Assembly (NCBI RefSeq): GCF_008831285.2
Contig: NC_045138.2
Location: 9,052,001 to 9,116,000, forward strand
Direction: 5' to 3'
DNA length: 64,000 nt
Source of the DNA: Nymphaea colorata
Lineage: Eukaryota
The notes under the pieces are model-generated. The model searched no databases. It saw nothing but the letters and a program-made list of their open reading frames with translations, and was not told where the DNA came from. Every line of letters starts with the position of its first letter. The first letter of the stretch is position 1. Positions 13,474 through 23,760 of the stretch are shown piece after piece. Position numbers and translations under genes: made by a program.

Positions 13474-15143
13474 GAGGTCGTTTGATGACCACAGGACACG
13501 CAGAACAGGACACGCGTGTCCTGTTTAGTAATTTTTTCATCAAACATTGGACATAGGACAGGCTGGACAGAACGAACAGCTGAGAGAAGCTATAAATAAT
13601 TTTTTTGTCCCATTCTGTTCCGAGCTAACCGTCGGAACAGACAGGACAGAAATTATCTCTCCCCCCCGACCCTCGCCCTCGATCTCTGCCCCCATCTTCT
13701 TCTCCTCCACCTCCGCCTCCATCTCCCCTGCCTTTCTCCTCTACTCCTCTGCCCTCATTTTTTTGTCCCCTACCAGAGCAGGATCTCGATGAGCGCATCG
13801 CCTGCAAGAACGTGGTTGCGTCGTCCTCCTCCACTCCGTCGTCTTCGTCGCAGTCATTAGATCATTTCTTTTCCTCGCTGTCGTCATCCTGCAAGAACAT
13901 TTTTTTTCCTCGCTGTCGTCAATGATAGCTCCTCTTCTCGTCTGCATTCTTCTTCTCAAGAGAAACCTTCCACTCCTCTCACAATCCTGGGGTTCTTCAA
14001 AACCCTAATCTGGATCCTCTTACCTCTTGGTCTCTTCAATCTCTGTTTCTTTCTGTCGGGGAATTTTCTGTTTCTTTGTTTCTCTGTTTTTTTTGTTTCT
14101 TTTTCATTTTTTCTCTCTCTGGGATGATGAAGAACTCAGGGAACCAGAGAGGCGGGATTCTGAGAGGGGTTTCTTTGCCGGAATCCCTCCCTCCGAAGCC
14201 CCGTTCGGCGGGGGGCCACCGGCGGACGAAGTTCGGGTACGAAAATGTCCCGCTGGTCGACCCGAATACGCAGATGGATCTGTCATCCTCTCCTTCTCTG
14301 GCGTCAAACAAGGCCGCTGCAAAGACGCAGAGCCCTCTTCCACCAAGGCCGTGCATTCCAATCCTAGCAATCCGCTGAAGAGGAAGCTGAATCTGCAGTG
14401 TGCGGCGGAAAATTGCGGAATGGGGGGCTCAGATTCTGGTGTCATGGTATGACGCCTCTCGTTAAAGAAGAAACCTATCCGTAGACACACACACACAGAC
14501 TATGATCAATTTGGAATATACGACAAGTTAGTCCAACTAAGATTAAGTAGAGTCTTTACCGGTTTATGTTTAGGGAATGCACTCTAGGAGAACGAATATA
14601 TAAATTTAAAAAAATTGTCTTAAATTATAAATATGAAAATAAGCATTTTCTATGCGGTTATGTGTGGGCAACTTCCCACATATCCCTTTGCTTCATCCAA
14701 TGAATGTGCAACATCACCAGGACTACCTACTCTCAAGTTGGGATACCATCTATAATGGGTTGATAAACTTACTAATGACACCTTACTAATGACACCTGGC
14801 CCAGCTGCAACATTATTAACATGGAAGATGAGGCCTAGAAAGATTATTTAATTAAAAAAAAAACACGAACCTAATTATGGAGTTCTTATCATAGCTTTGA
14901 TATCCATAAGAAGTTCCAAGTGAAAAATTCAAACCCCACAAAAACAAACATCAAATAGGACGGACAGAACAGACAGAACAAACACACACGAAACAAACGC
15001 CGGACAAGAAGAACATAGTGTTCTGTTCCTAAAATCATCAAACGGTGGACAATGAACACCATTGTTCATGAGGACAGTACAGTGGTGTAATAGACAGGAC
15101 GTCCTGTCTGTCCTGTCCTAGTGGACAGCAATCAAACGACCTC
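13474..15143. mobile_element. Non-autonomous PIF/Harbinger-type element carrying a captured gene fragment
   Basis: TIR GAGGTCGTTTGAT at 13474-13486 and ATCAAACGACCTC at 15131-15143. TTA target-site duplication at 13471-13473 and 15144-15146. GGACAG/CTGTCC subterminal motifs at both ends. Confidence 0.88.
14124..14446 (+). pseudogene. KIN12A/KIN12B: Captured first exon of a kinesin-12 (PAKRP1/KIN12A-B-like) gene, with one frameshift
   Basis: Reads MMKNSGNQRGGILR...ENVPLVDPN...KTQSPLPPRP, shifts frame at about 14350, then continues SNPLKRKLNLQCAAENCGMGGSDSGVM into a GT donor (GTATGA) at 14447. This matches the remembered PAKRP1/KIN12B N-terminus (ENAPP..KSPLPPRPP.SNPLKRKL..SDSGVKV). Confidence 0.78.
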
Positions 15144-15408
15144 TTAGGGAGGCTAGCTAAGCCACATAGATTAACTTGCTGTCCTACATAAATAAATAAA
15201 AAAATATAAGATCAAACACCTATCATAATACAGAATGCAGTTCCTATGTCTGCTTACTGCTACTAAAGAACCTGCCCATGAGGGGATGCTGCAATGAAGC
15301 ACATACAGCGAGAAGCTAAAACCTACATCTCCAATAGAACAGGATTTCGGATATTTTGTATACAACAACATGGCATGAAGAAATCTCTCTCTCAGCCACA
15401 CACACTCT

Positions 15409-15413
<5 letters not shown>

Positions 15414-15472
<59 letters not shown>
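15414..15472. repeat. (TA)n microsatellite
   Basis: Directly visible pure TA run. Confidence 0.95.
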
Positions 15473-15475
<3 letters not shown>

Positions 15476-15511
15476 AAAAAAACTGGAACATCCAATAAAA
15501 AAGAGCAGACA

Positions 15512-15680
15512 TTCTATAGGAAGGAAGCTCACCACTAAAACAACTGCTACGATTGCAATGCTTTCATCATCAAATACATAGAAGTAATCTACAATGGCAG
15601 TGAACTTGTTTTTTCACAGGATAATATACTACATCTCATAAAACAATTACGTGATGACCTGGTGGAGTACATTATAGTAT
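15512..15680 (+). pseudogene. Ulp1/C48 peptidase C-terminal fragment (MULE-associated type)
   Basis: Frame FYRKEAHH*NNCYDCNAFIIKYIEVIYNGSELVFSQDNILHLIKQLR resembles the Ulp1 motif Q.N.YDCG.F..KY.E..F.Q.D, with one stop codon. Confidence 0.6.
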
Positions 15681-15811
15681 ACTACATATCATAAAACAGC
15701 TACGTGGTAACTTGGTGGAGTATGTTGTTACATCACGAGCCGCACTAAGAATGTCAAACCACATGAAGAAGAAGAAAACGATCGACATGAACAACGTAGA
15801 ATAAACAGTGT

Positions 15812-17030
15812 CAAATAAAATTGTGTTTATAAGGACGCGATAAGCACTTAGACAAAAATAATGTGAGAATGACATTGTATAGACTGGTTTTATGATAGAT
15901 TAACATATAAACGTGCTTACAAGAAAGCAAGGTGATAACCAATTGGACATGACAAATTATGATGATAGACGGCAAGTTTTTTGTACGAGAATGAAATAAC
16001 AATGCCTCTACAGAGCCAATAGGTAGTCGGACAACAAATCATGCGATAACGCACCATCAGGATTGGTTTTACGATACACTCAAATCAAGTCGTGTTTATG
16101 AGGACACGATAACACTCTAACACAAATAACACGACAACAAATGGATTGCTTTTATGATAGATTAGCAAAAAAATGTGCTTACAAGGAGGCAAGGTGATAA
16201 CCAGTCGGACATGACAAAATAGGATAATAAACCGTAGGTTTTTTTGTATGATAATGAAATAACAATGCCTTTCCAAGGAGGCAATAGGTAATCGGACAAC
16301 AAATCATGCAATAACGCAATGTCAAGATTGGTTTTACAATATACTAAAAAAAAATCATGTTTACGATGTTGTGATAAGCACTCACACAAAAACAATGTGA
16401 AACGACATTGTATGGAATGGTTTAACAATAGATTAACATAAAATGTGCTTACAAGAAGGTGAGGTGAAAATCAATCAGACATGATAGATTACAAAAATAA
16501 ACGGCAGGATTTTTGTATGAGAATAAAATAACAATGCCTTTGCAAGGAGGCTGTAGGTAATTGGACGACAAATGTGAGAATAGGTTTTTCGATACACTCA
16601 AATAAAATTGTGTTTTCAATGACGCAATAAGCACTCAAACAAAAATAATGTGAAACAACATCATATGGACTGGTTTTACAATAGATTAACAAAAAAATGT
16701 GCTTACAAGGAGGCGAGGTGATAACCAGTCAAACAAGACAGAATATGATAATAAATGATAGGATTTTTTACAAGAATGAAATAACTATGCTTTACAAGGA
16801 GCCAATAGGTAATCAGACAACAAATTGTGTGATAACGCAATGTCAGGATTTGTTTTACGATACACTCAAATAAAATTGTGTCTACAAGAACGCGATGGAC
16901 ACTCAAACAAAATTAATATGACCACGACGTTGCATGGTCTAGTTTTATGATAGATTAACATAAAAACACGCTTACAAGCTGGCGATGTGATAATTAGTCG
17001 AACAAAATAGATGGCAATAATAAACAAAAG
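15812..17030. repeat. Diverged tandem repeat, ~265-bp unit, about 4.5 copies
   Basis: The motifs GATAGATTAACA..GTGCTTACAAG..GGTGATAACCA..GAAATAACAATGCCT..GGTTTTACGATACACTCAAAT recur with unit starts at about 15812, 16081, 16345, 16599 and 16867. Confidence 0.9.
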
Positions 17031-17149
17031 TGACTAATAAAATTAACTTCTTATCAATCATTATTATAAACAAAAGAATATTGTTTGTAGTCATTAAAGA
17101 ATATTCTCGATCGTCCTATTGATGTCTTGACATATTATTATTGAATTCA

Positions 17150-18350
17150 ACAATTTTTCGAGTCAAATCGACAACATGATCAATCTGTCAGTTTATTGTT
17201 GTGACCAATCTCTCTTCCACGGGTTGGTTTGGATGTTGTTGCCCAGTCAATTCCATAGCCACCCCAGTCCAACAAGAGAATAAGGAACAACCGCACATCT
17301 CTGCACGACAGCTCAAAAGCTTTCATGGTAATCCAGTCTTGATTGGTGCCACCAATGTATGGTGTAAACAGCGGTTACACATAAACATGAAATAATCATC
17401 AATACACAAACATTCTAGTGTCCTTATTGAGCAAAGTATGAAACACTATTTGCTATACATATCTGACCCATCTGAAGGTTTGATATGATCAATCTAGATG
17501 ACATTGCATTGTTCTATTCTCTGGGACTAACACATCTCCACTGTGTATGTAATGGAAGAGCATTTGAAAATGGACCAAAGTAGGTCTAATAGAAGGTATG
17601 TGATCCCACATCCAAAACTAGAGATAAAACACAAACACAAATATTACAAGATGATAAATAATCCTTTTTTACATATACATTTACATGAGGAAGGTACTAT
17701 CTAAACTTGCAGCAACAACTAGCATCGTCTCACGAATGCACCCCCGTCCTTGAATCATTCCAGCTAGCTATACAAATGCGCTAACACAGCTGCCCCCTAT
17801 GCATAGGGATGAATCTTGTTCACATCATTCAAAAATTTGATGTACCACAGCTTATTCTTGAGCGTAAATTGTCACTAAAGAGACACACATCCAATAAATA
17901 AACAAGAAAGGACCTCAATGTTTGGCCCGCTTCTTGTGAAGGTGCATTAGCTTTGCATGTCATTTATTCTGTAGCTTTGAAATGATTAATGACATCGACT
18001 TTTCCCCAAAAGACACAGCCTTCTTAAACTCTAAATTTGTGAACCCTTGAGGGTTATTGCTCTCTATCAAGTTGTACCTAATGTCCCGACCATAGATTTT
18101 TTTTCATGAGTTCTCATATACGACAGCCTAGCAACGTCTCTAGTGTGATCGTCATCGTCAAGCCATCAATTGCAAATGTGTTTGTCCAAGAATCCCAACT
18201 CTATGCCAAAGCGAACAAAGGCCCCATTCGAGTTTCATTGCGTCATAGAAAAGCAGTCCCGAGAATTAAATTCTCGCCAATCTCTACTTTTAGAAGTCCA
18301 ATAGAACTTCAAACAAATCAATGATGAACTGCCATTGGCAGCGCTCACAT
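17150..18350 (-). pseudogene. Degenerate Plant Mobile Domain (PMD; MAIN/MAIL-like) gene remnant, likely from a MULE
   Basis: Minus-strand pieces ALA*SWDSWTNTFAIDGLTMTITLE (about 18135-18212), NDVNKIHPYA*GAAVLAHLY (about 17765-17830) and FWMWDHIPSIRP (about 17580-17617). These match the PMD motifs ALVERW..ETHTF..MTITLEDV, Y.WG.A.LA.LY and W.WEHFP..RP. An E-rich low-complexity region precedes them at 18530-19000. Confidence 0.72.
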
Positions 18351-20978
18351 TTCGACAACAGAAATACCAGTGTCAAATACATTATCTAACACAGAAACTT
18401 TAATTACAAATACTTAAATAAACGACATAGATTATTTCGTCGACATCACATGATCGCCTCATTTTCTTCCCAACTCTCTCTCCCACCTATAAATCGGAAT
18501 CAGGTTTTCTCCTTCGCCTGAACCTCTAATTTTTAGTGTTCTCTACTTATCCTTCCCCCCTGCATTCTCAGCCTCCAAGAGCCACTTCCCTTCCACCTCC
18601 TCATGCTGAAATCCAATCTCCTCTCATTTCTCCATCTCTTCAGGTTGTCCCTTCGTTTCTGCCACCTCTTCCTGCTCAAGTACCTTCTCCATTACATTGT
18701 ATGTCTCTCCATCTTGTACTCTCGTTTCTGCCACCTCTTGCTGCTCAAGTTCCTTCTTCCCTGCGTTGTTTGACTCCGCAGCCTATCCCTTTGTATTTGC
18801 CACCTCCTTCTGCTAAAATTCTTTCTCCCTTGCATTGTCCATCTCTATGGCATGTCCCTTTGCTTCAGCCACCTCCTCTTCCTCATCCTCCTCCTCATTT
18901 TCTTTCACGTCTTTCTTCTCATTCTCCACGATCTGCTTCACCTCCTATGACATACGCTCTACTGCAACGGTAGCTTCATCTTCTTTCCATTCTACCAAAC
19001 ATCGTACTCGCCTATCGTTCTATGTTTTTCTAAGTTCTTCAGGTTTCATCCAATGTATAAGTTGACTTCACCTTATTTGATGTCGAACAACAGACGTTTA
19101 GTGTCGTATTCCTTTGTATCTATTGAAGTAGACAGTGTTGATCTACAAGAAGCAAAAAAATGAATATAAGAGAGTGAAATAACAAAGCTATATAAAGCCG
19201 AAGATAAACAAATGGATATTAGACATTGAAATTACAATGCGCATATATACTACATATGAGAAGCATATTGATATAATATAACATTATTACTTCATTATCT
19301 CACCTCCTTTTGTTTCTCCTTTACAGCACATGCAGGAGTTATTATTTCATTCTCACCTCCTTTTGTTTTTATTCTACAACGTATGAACTAACGAAACCAA
19401 TAGACCAACCTAGAAATGATAGACTATATCTATACGAGGATAATAGATCCAACAGTTGCCCTTGCGCTTGTTCCAACAGATGTTCTTTGGCTGACAATGA
19501 TAACTTCCACCGACAAGGATGATAACCGCACCCTACGATCGATAACTCTCTCTGCAATAAGTGAACTTGATAGAAGCCTCCGCTCATTCCAACAAACATC
19601 CTTAAGGGTGCTCTGACTGATGCTCTTTGGTCGACAACGAGAACTGCTTTGATGACGACAATAACCGCTGGGCATTATGGAGAAGCCTCTGCTCCACGAC
19701 CAATCGATAAAATTCCCTTTCCTTTCCTGCCATCACCTCAAATCACGCTTTTTTTGCAGTCCATTTTGCCCCACCAAAGAATATTTTTAGTTAACAACAA
19801 CTTCACGTATAGGCTACTCAATCATTTCTAAAGAGACATTAGTGTCTATCGAGTGCACAACCCATTCGCTTTTGATCCACCTTGCCGTCGATTCCTGAGT
19901 TAATGTTTAAATGGGATAGTAAAATATTTATGAGATAATGTTTATAAGGTAATAAAAATATTTAAGATATAATGAGATAATGTTATGAGCGAGATAAAAA
20001 ACGAAAACGCTTTTCTACTGCTTAAAAGGGTACATTGATCATATGCTTATACGAACTAACAAATTTTACCTTTATCGAATCCTCAAATTTTTTTTTTTTA
20101 ATTTTCATTTTTATCTCTACAAAAAAAACTATATTAATTATAAACTTGTTTTTGTTGTACTTAGCATGAAATTAGATAAGCAAAAGCTCCATGTATAACA
20201 CCAGATCTCTAGGGCCCAAAAGGCAGGGCAGGTACTCTACTAGAAATAGTCCTGAATTTTCCCATTAAGACCCGGACAGGCGTAAATGATGATGCCAACA
20301 TCGTCACCGCCGTCGGCCCCATCAGTTACCATCCTCGGTTGGGCTACATTAGTTTACTGCTCTTCCCTCCACCGCGCTCCATGGCTGCCGCCTGCCGCGA
20401 CTCAGGCTTACCCGTCACTGTAGCAGACAGGATGTGCGACACTTGCTAGGTTCACCGTCACTCTACACTCGTGACGAATGATGACTATTAGAGCAGACGG
20501 AGAATAAACCCTTTCATCCAATCTCTGCGGGCACTCGCGTTAGCCATTGAAGAACAACCAGCGGTTGTGATTGGCCCAGGGCCATCGCCGCCGGTCGCGG
20601 CCCGATCTTTAAGCTCTGCCACCATATTGGAAGGTGGTAATTTCGCTGATCGATCAATTATCGCATGAAGACCCAAGTTCAACGCATCGCAGAAAGGAGC
20701 TTTTAGATGTTCAGAGTTGATGTGTATAGCAAACCACGCATTGAATCTGTGTCTGCTCAAACGTATTATATCAAGCTTCTGAAACACTCGGACTATGAGG
20801 CATATGTACAATCTAATATATAGAGATGGTGCAGACAAAGTAAAAGATTTCACACCCGAAGCGGTCGGGAGTGAGCGGAAAGCCGGAAAAACGAAAGCAT
20901 CAAATAAAACTTGATGTCGTTTCTTCAGAACGGAAAGCCCGAAAATGAAACCATCAACCCAAACTCGGTGCCGTATCT

Positions 20979-22130
20979 TCAGATCTCCACAAAGCAGCCG
21001 GACTGAACGAAACCTGAAAAATCAGGCGGCATCTCCACCCGTGTCCAAGCTCCCCCATTCTTACCCACGTCCACCAGGCAGCAACCCACCGGCGCCCCCT
21101 CGTGTGCCGTCCCCGTCACCAGCGCCCAGTTTCCTGCCATGCCCACCACGCACCTCCCCATTTTCACTGCTCCGTTGCTGCCGTCGGCGTCGACGCTCAC
21201 CACTCTGCTATTGCCACCGTCCCCGTCGGCAACGCCCAGGCACAACGATCTCGGGCAAGCCCCGCCGGCCCAGGCACCGTCGACGCGCCTCCACCTCCCT
21301 GTCTCCGTGTCGAAGGCCTCGGCGCTCTCCTTGAACCTGCCCTGCCCTTCGGTGCCGTAGCCGCTCACCACCCAGAACTCCTTCCCCACCATCAACCCCT
21401 CGCACTCGTCCCTCTCCTCCTCCATCGCCTCCCCGAGCTCTTCCCACTCGTCCCTCCCCACGTCGTACACCGCCCCTGTTCTCAACGCGTTCTTGTTCTC
21501 GTCGTGGCCTCCAGCCACGAACACCAATCCCCTGCCGCCACTTCCGCCGACCCCGCCACTAGTCGTTCTCTCCGCCACCGCTGCTGCGAAGAAGGAACGA
21601 GCAGGGCCGGGCATGTCCTTCCCCTTGGACCACCGCCTCGTCCTGAAGTCATACACGGAGACGCCGCGGGTGGCCTCCCAGGTGACGCAGTCCCACCCCC
21701 CGAGGATCACGAGCTTGCCCGCCACGGACACGCACTGGCAGAAGAGCGGGAGGCCACCCTGGTGGCCGTCCGGGTACTGCAGCCTCTCCCAACTCCCCCT
21801 TCGCGGGTCGAACAGCGTGATCCCGTAAACCGGCGGACCCCTGCCGCTGGCGGCACTCTTCCTGCCTGTCCGTGCCGCCTCCGCCAGGGTCCCCGCGGCC
21901 GGAGCTGCGTGCTGCTGAACCAAGCACGCGAAGCCATCGGCAGTGCCCCTGAGCTTCCTCTCCTCGGAGAAATCGGGGCCGCCGACTAGCTTCCTCCACC
22001 GCCTGCTTACCGCCCTCATGGCGGCGAGGCAGGAGTGAGGCACCCGAAACAGGCACTCCAAGGCAACATCGTCCGGAAGGTCAGGGATGACTGGCTCCTC
22101 CCAGTTGTCGGACGCAACTAATTCATCCAT
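20979..22130 (-). CDS. F-box/kelch-repeat protein, KFB/KMD (KISS ME DEADLY) family, At2g44130/SKIP20-like; single exon, 383 aa
   Basis: Uninterrupted GC-rich ORF from the ATG at 22130 (MDELVASD). It has an F-box (IPDLPDDVALECLFRVP), kelch repeats (LVILGGWD, VFVAGGHDENKNAL, RDECEG..FWVVSGYGTEGQG) and the C-terminus FSGFVQSGCFVEI. Confidence 0.95.
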   Translation of the reverse strand: MDELVASDNWEEPVIPDLPDDVALECLFRVPHSCLAAMRAVSRRWRKLVGGPDFSEERKLRGTADGFACLVQQHAAPAAGTLAEAARTGRKSAASGRGPPVYGITLFDPRRGSWERLQYPDGHQGGLPLFCQCVSVAGKLVILGGWDCVTWEATRGVSVYDFRTRRWSKGKDMPGPARSFFAAAVAERTTSGGVGGSGGRGLVFVAGGHDENKNALRTGAVYDVGRDEWEELGEAMEEERDECEGLMVGKEFWVVSGYGTEGQGRFKESAEAFDTETGRWRRVDGAWAGGACPRSLCLGVADGDGGNSRVVSVDADGSNGAVKMGRCVVGMAGNWALVTGTAHEGAPVGCCLVDVGKNGGAWTRVEMPPDFSGFVQSGCFVEI

Positions 22131-23357
22131 GGATTCTTGGTTTCCTCTGCTCTCAATCGCAACCACGGTGCATACAGAAAAGAACTCCGTCGTTCGCCTT
22201 TTATAACGAGAAGTTTCAAATCCCAGCAAATAAATAATAAAATTTATGAACACAAAAAAGGGAGAAATACCTTGGAGATGATATTTCTTTCGGGAGGAGG
22301 AAAGAGACTGGGGGTGGCATTAAAAGAAAACGGGTCCTCCATGGAAAGGTTACATGATAAGCACCTCCTGAAAAAAAATTATTAATGTTAACAAATAACT
22401 TAATAGATAAGAACCGGAGTGCATTACAGGATCGATTGCTAATTTATTTACAAAAAACCAGTTAAAATTAAAAAAAAAAATACCGGCTCTAGTTGTTTTG
22501 AAATAAATCGTGACTACACGCTTGAAGGTGTGTTTAGATGGTACCCTAAAAAGATTAGCTTTTCTAAAAACTATAATTTTGATCTTTGTAGAACTTCGGA
22601 TTTTTAAACTAGTTTCTTGGACCCGGGTTGTGTCTGTGGGTGACAAGAAAAAATAACTAGGCCGTTTGGATGACATCTTCAAAAACATAGTTTTCTAAAA
22701 ACTTGATTTTTATGATAAAAACAAGTTTGTTAATGAGTTTTGAAAGCTTCGTTTGCATGTTGCAATGGCATCCAAAACTTAGTTTTTCCTTTTTTTTATG
22801 AATAACCTAGGTGGTGTTATGTTTTTCACTCTCTTTCCGAAAAAGAGGTTTCATTAAAACCCATTTTTTCTCAAAAACAGTTTTGATAAATTTCAAACAC
22901 TGGACACCTTCAAAACCTACTTTGGATCGTCATCCAGATGCCCAGAATGTTTTTCGCAAAACCCTTGGGGAAAAATGCTATTTATCAAACTAACATTTTG
23001 TTGGAATTGCATTTTTGTCAAACCCAATTTCTAATGTAACCAACAGATGTCTCAAAGTATCATAAAAGCAAAATCATGTTTTATCTATAAATCAGAATTT
23101 AATGTCAAGTTGAGCATCGGGCAAGTTGGAGCCAACTCAAGGCTCAACAAAACCTGGGTTGATGCAAAGCTTATGCTGGCACCCTAAGCTCACATGCTTA
23201 GTTATCGAATTGGATCTAACCATCAACTTCTTACATGTTTGGTATCTCATTTGATGTCCACCTCTATTCAAAGGCCTCAATATTTTCATTTTTACCATCT
23301 CAAAAAACCCTTTGCAGCCAGTTGAGAGTTTTTTAAAGAGCAGACTACGGTGTCTTA

Positions 23358-23417
<60 letters not shown>

Positions 23418-23722
23418 TAAAAAAATAAAAAAAATGAAAATTAAAGTTGTGTATCAAACCTTGTTTGGCCCTGATACAGGCCCTGACACGACCAGGCAAG
23501 TTAAGCTGGCCCATGAGTCCAATGGCAGGGCCAAGTACATGACCTCCCACCGAACATCGAGCCTGATGCCCAAACACCTGTTTTTATGAATTTGTTTGGG
23601 ATTGTGGAAAACAAAAAAGAGACGAAGATGTGAAACTGTGGACAAAATGGCTTTCAAAATATGGCTTATGAAAAGAACCATTTATTAGAAAATGAATAAT
23701 TATATCATAAATAATTGTGTGC

Positions 23723-23760
<38 letters not shown>

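Noticed and set aside
15812..17030. CRISPR-like array
   Set aside because: The units are long, contiguous and diverged with no unique spacers, the context is eukaryotic, and no cas genes are present.
17700..18100. MuDR transposase motifs (GRDIRY, C*RICIASWN)
   Set aside because: The motif order does not fit, and another frame gives a much better PMD match.
20488..20853. 121-aa ORF downstream of the F-box gene as a gene
   Set aside because: No recognisable homology, a non-ATG start in the track, and a position in the probable 3' region of the F-box gene.
21102..21989. 295-aa + strand ORF and other overlapping ORFs
   Set aside because: These are antisense or alternate-frame shadows of the GC-rich F-box CDS.
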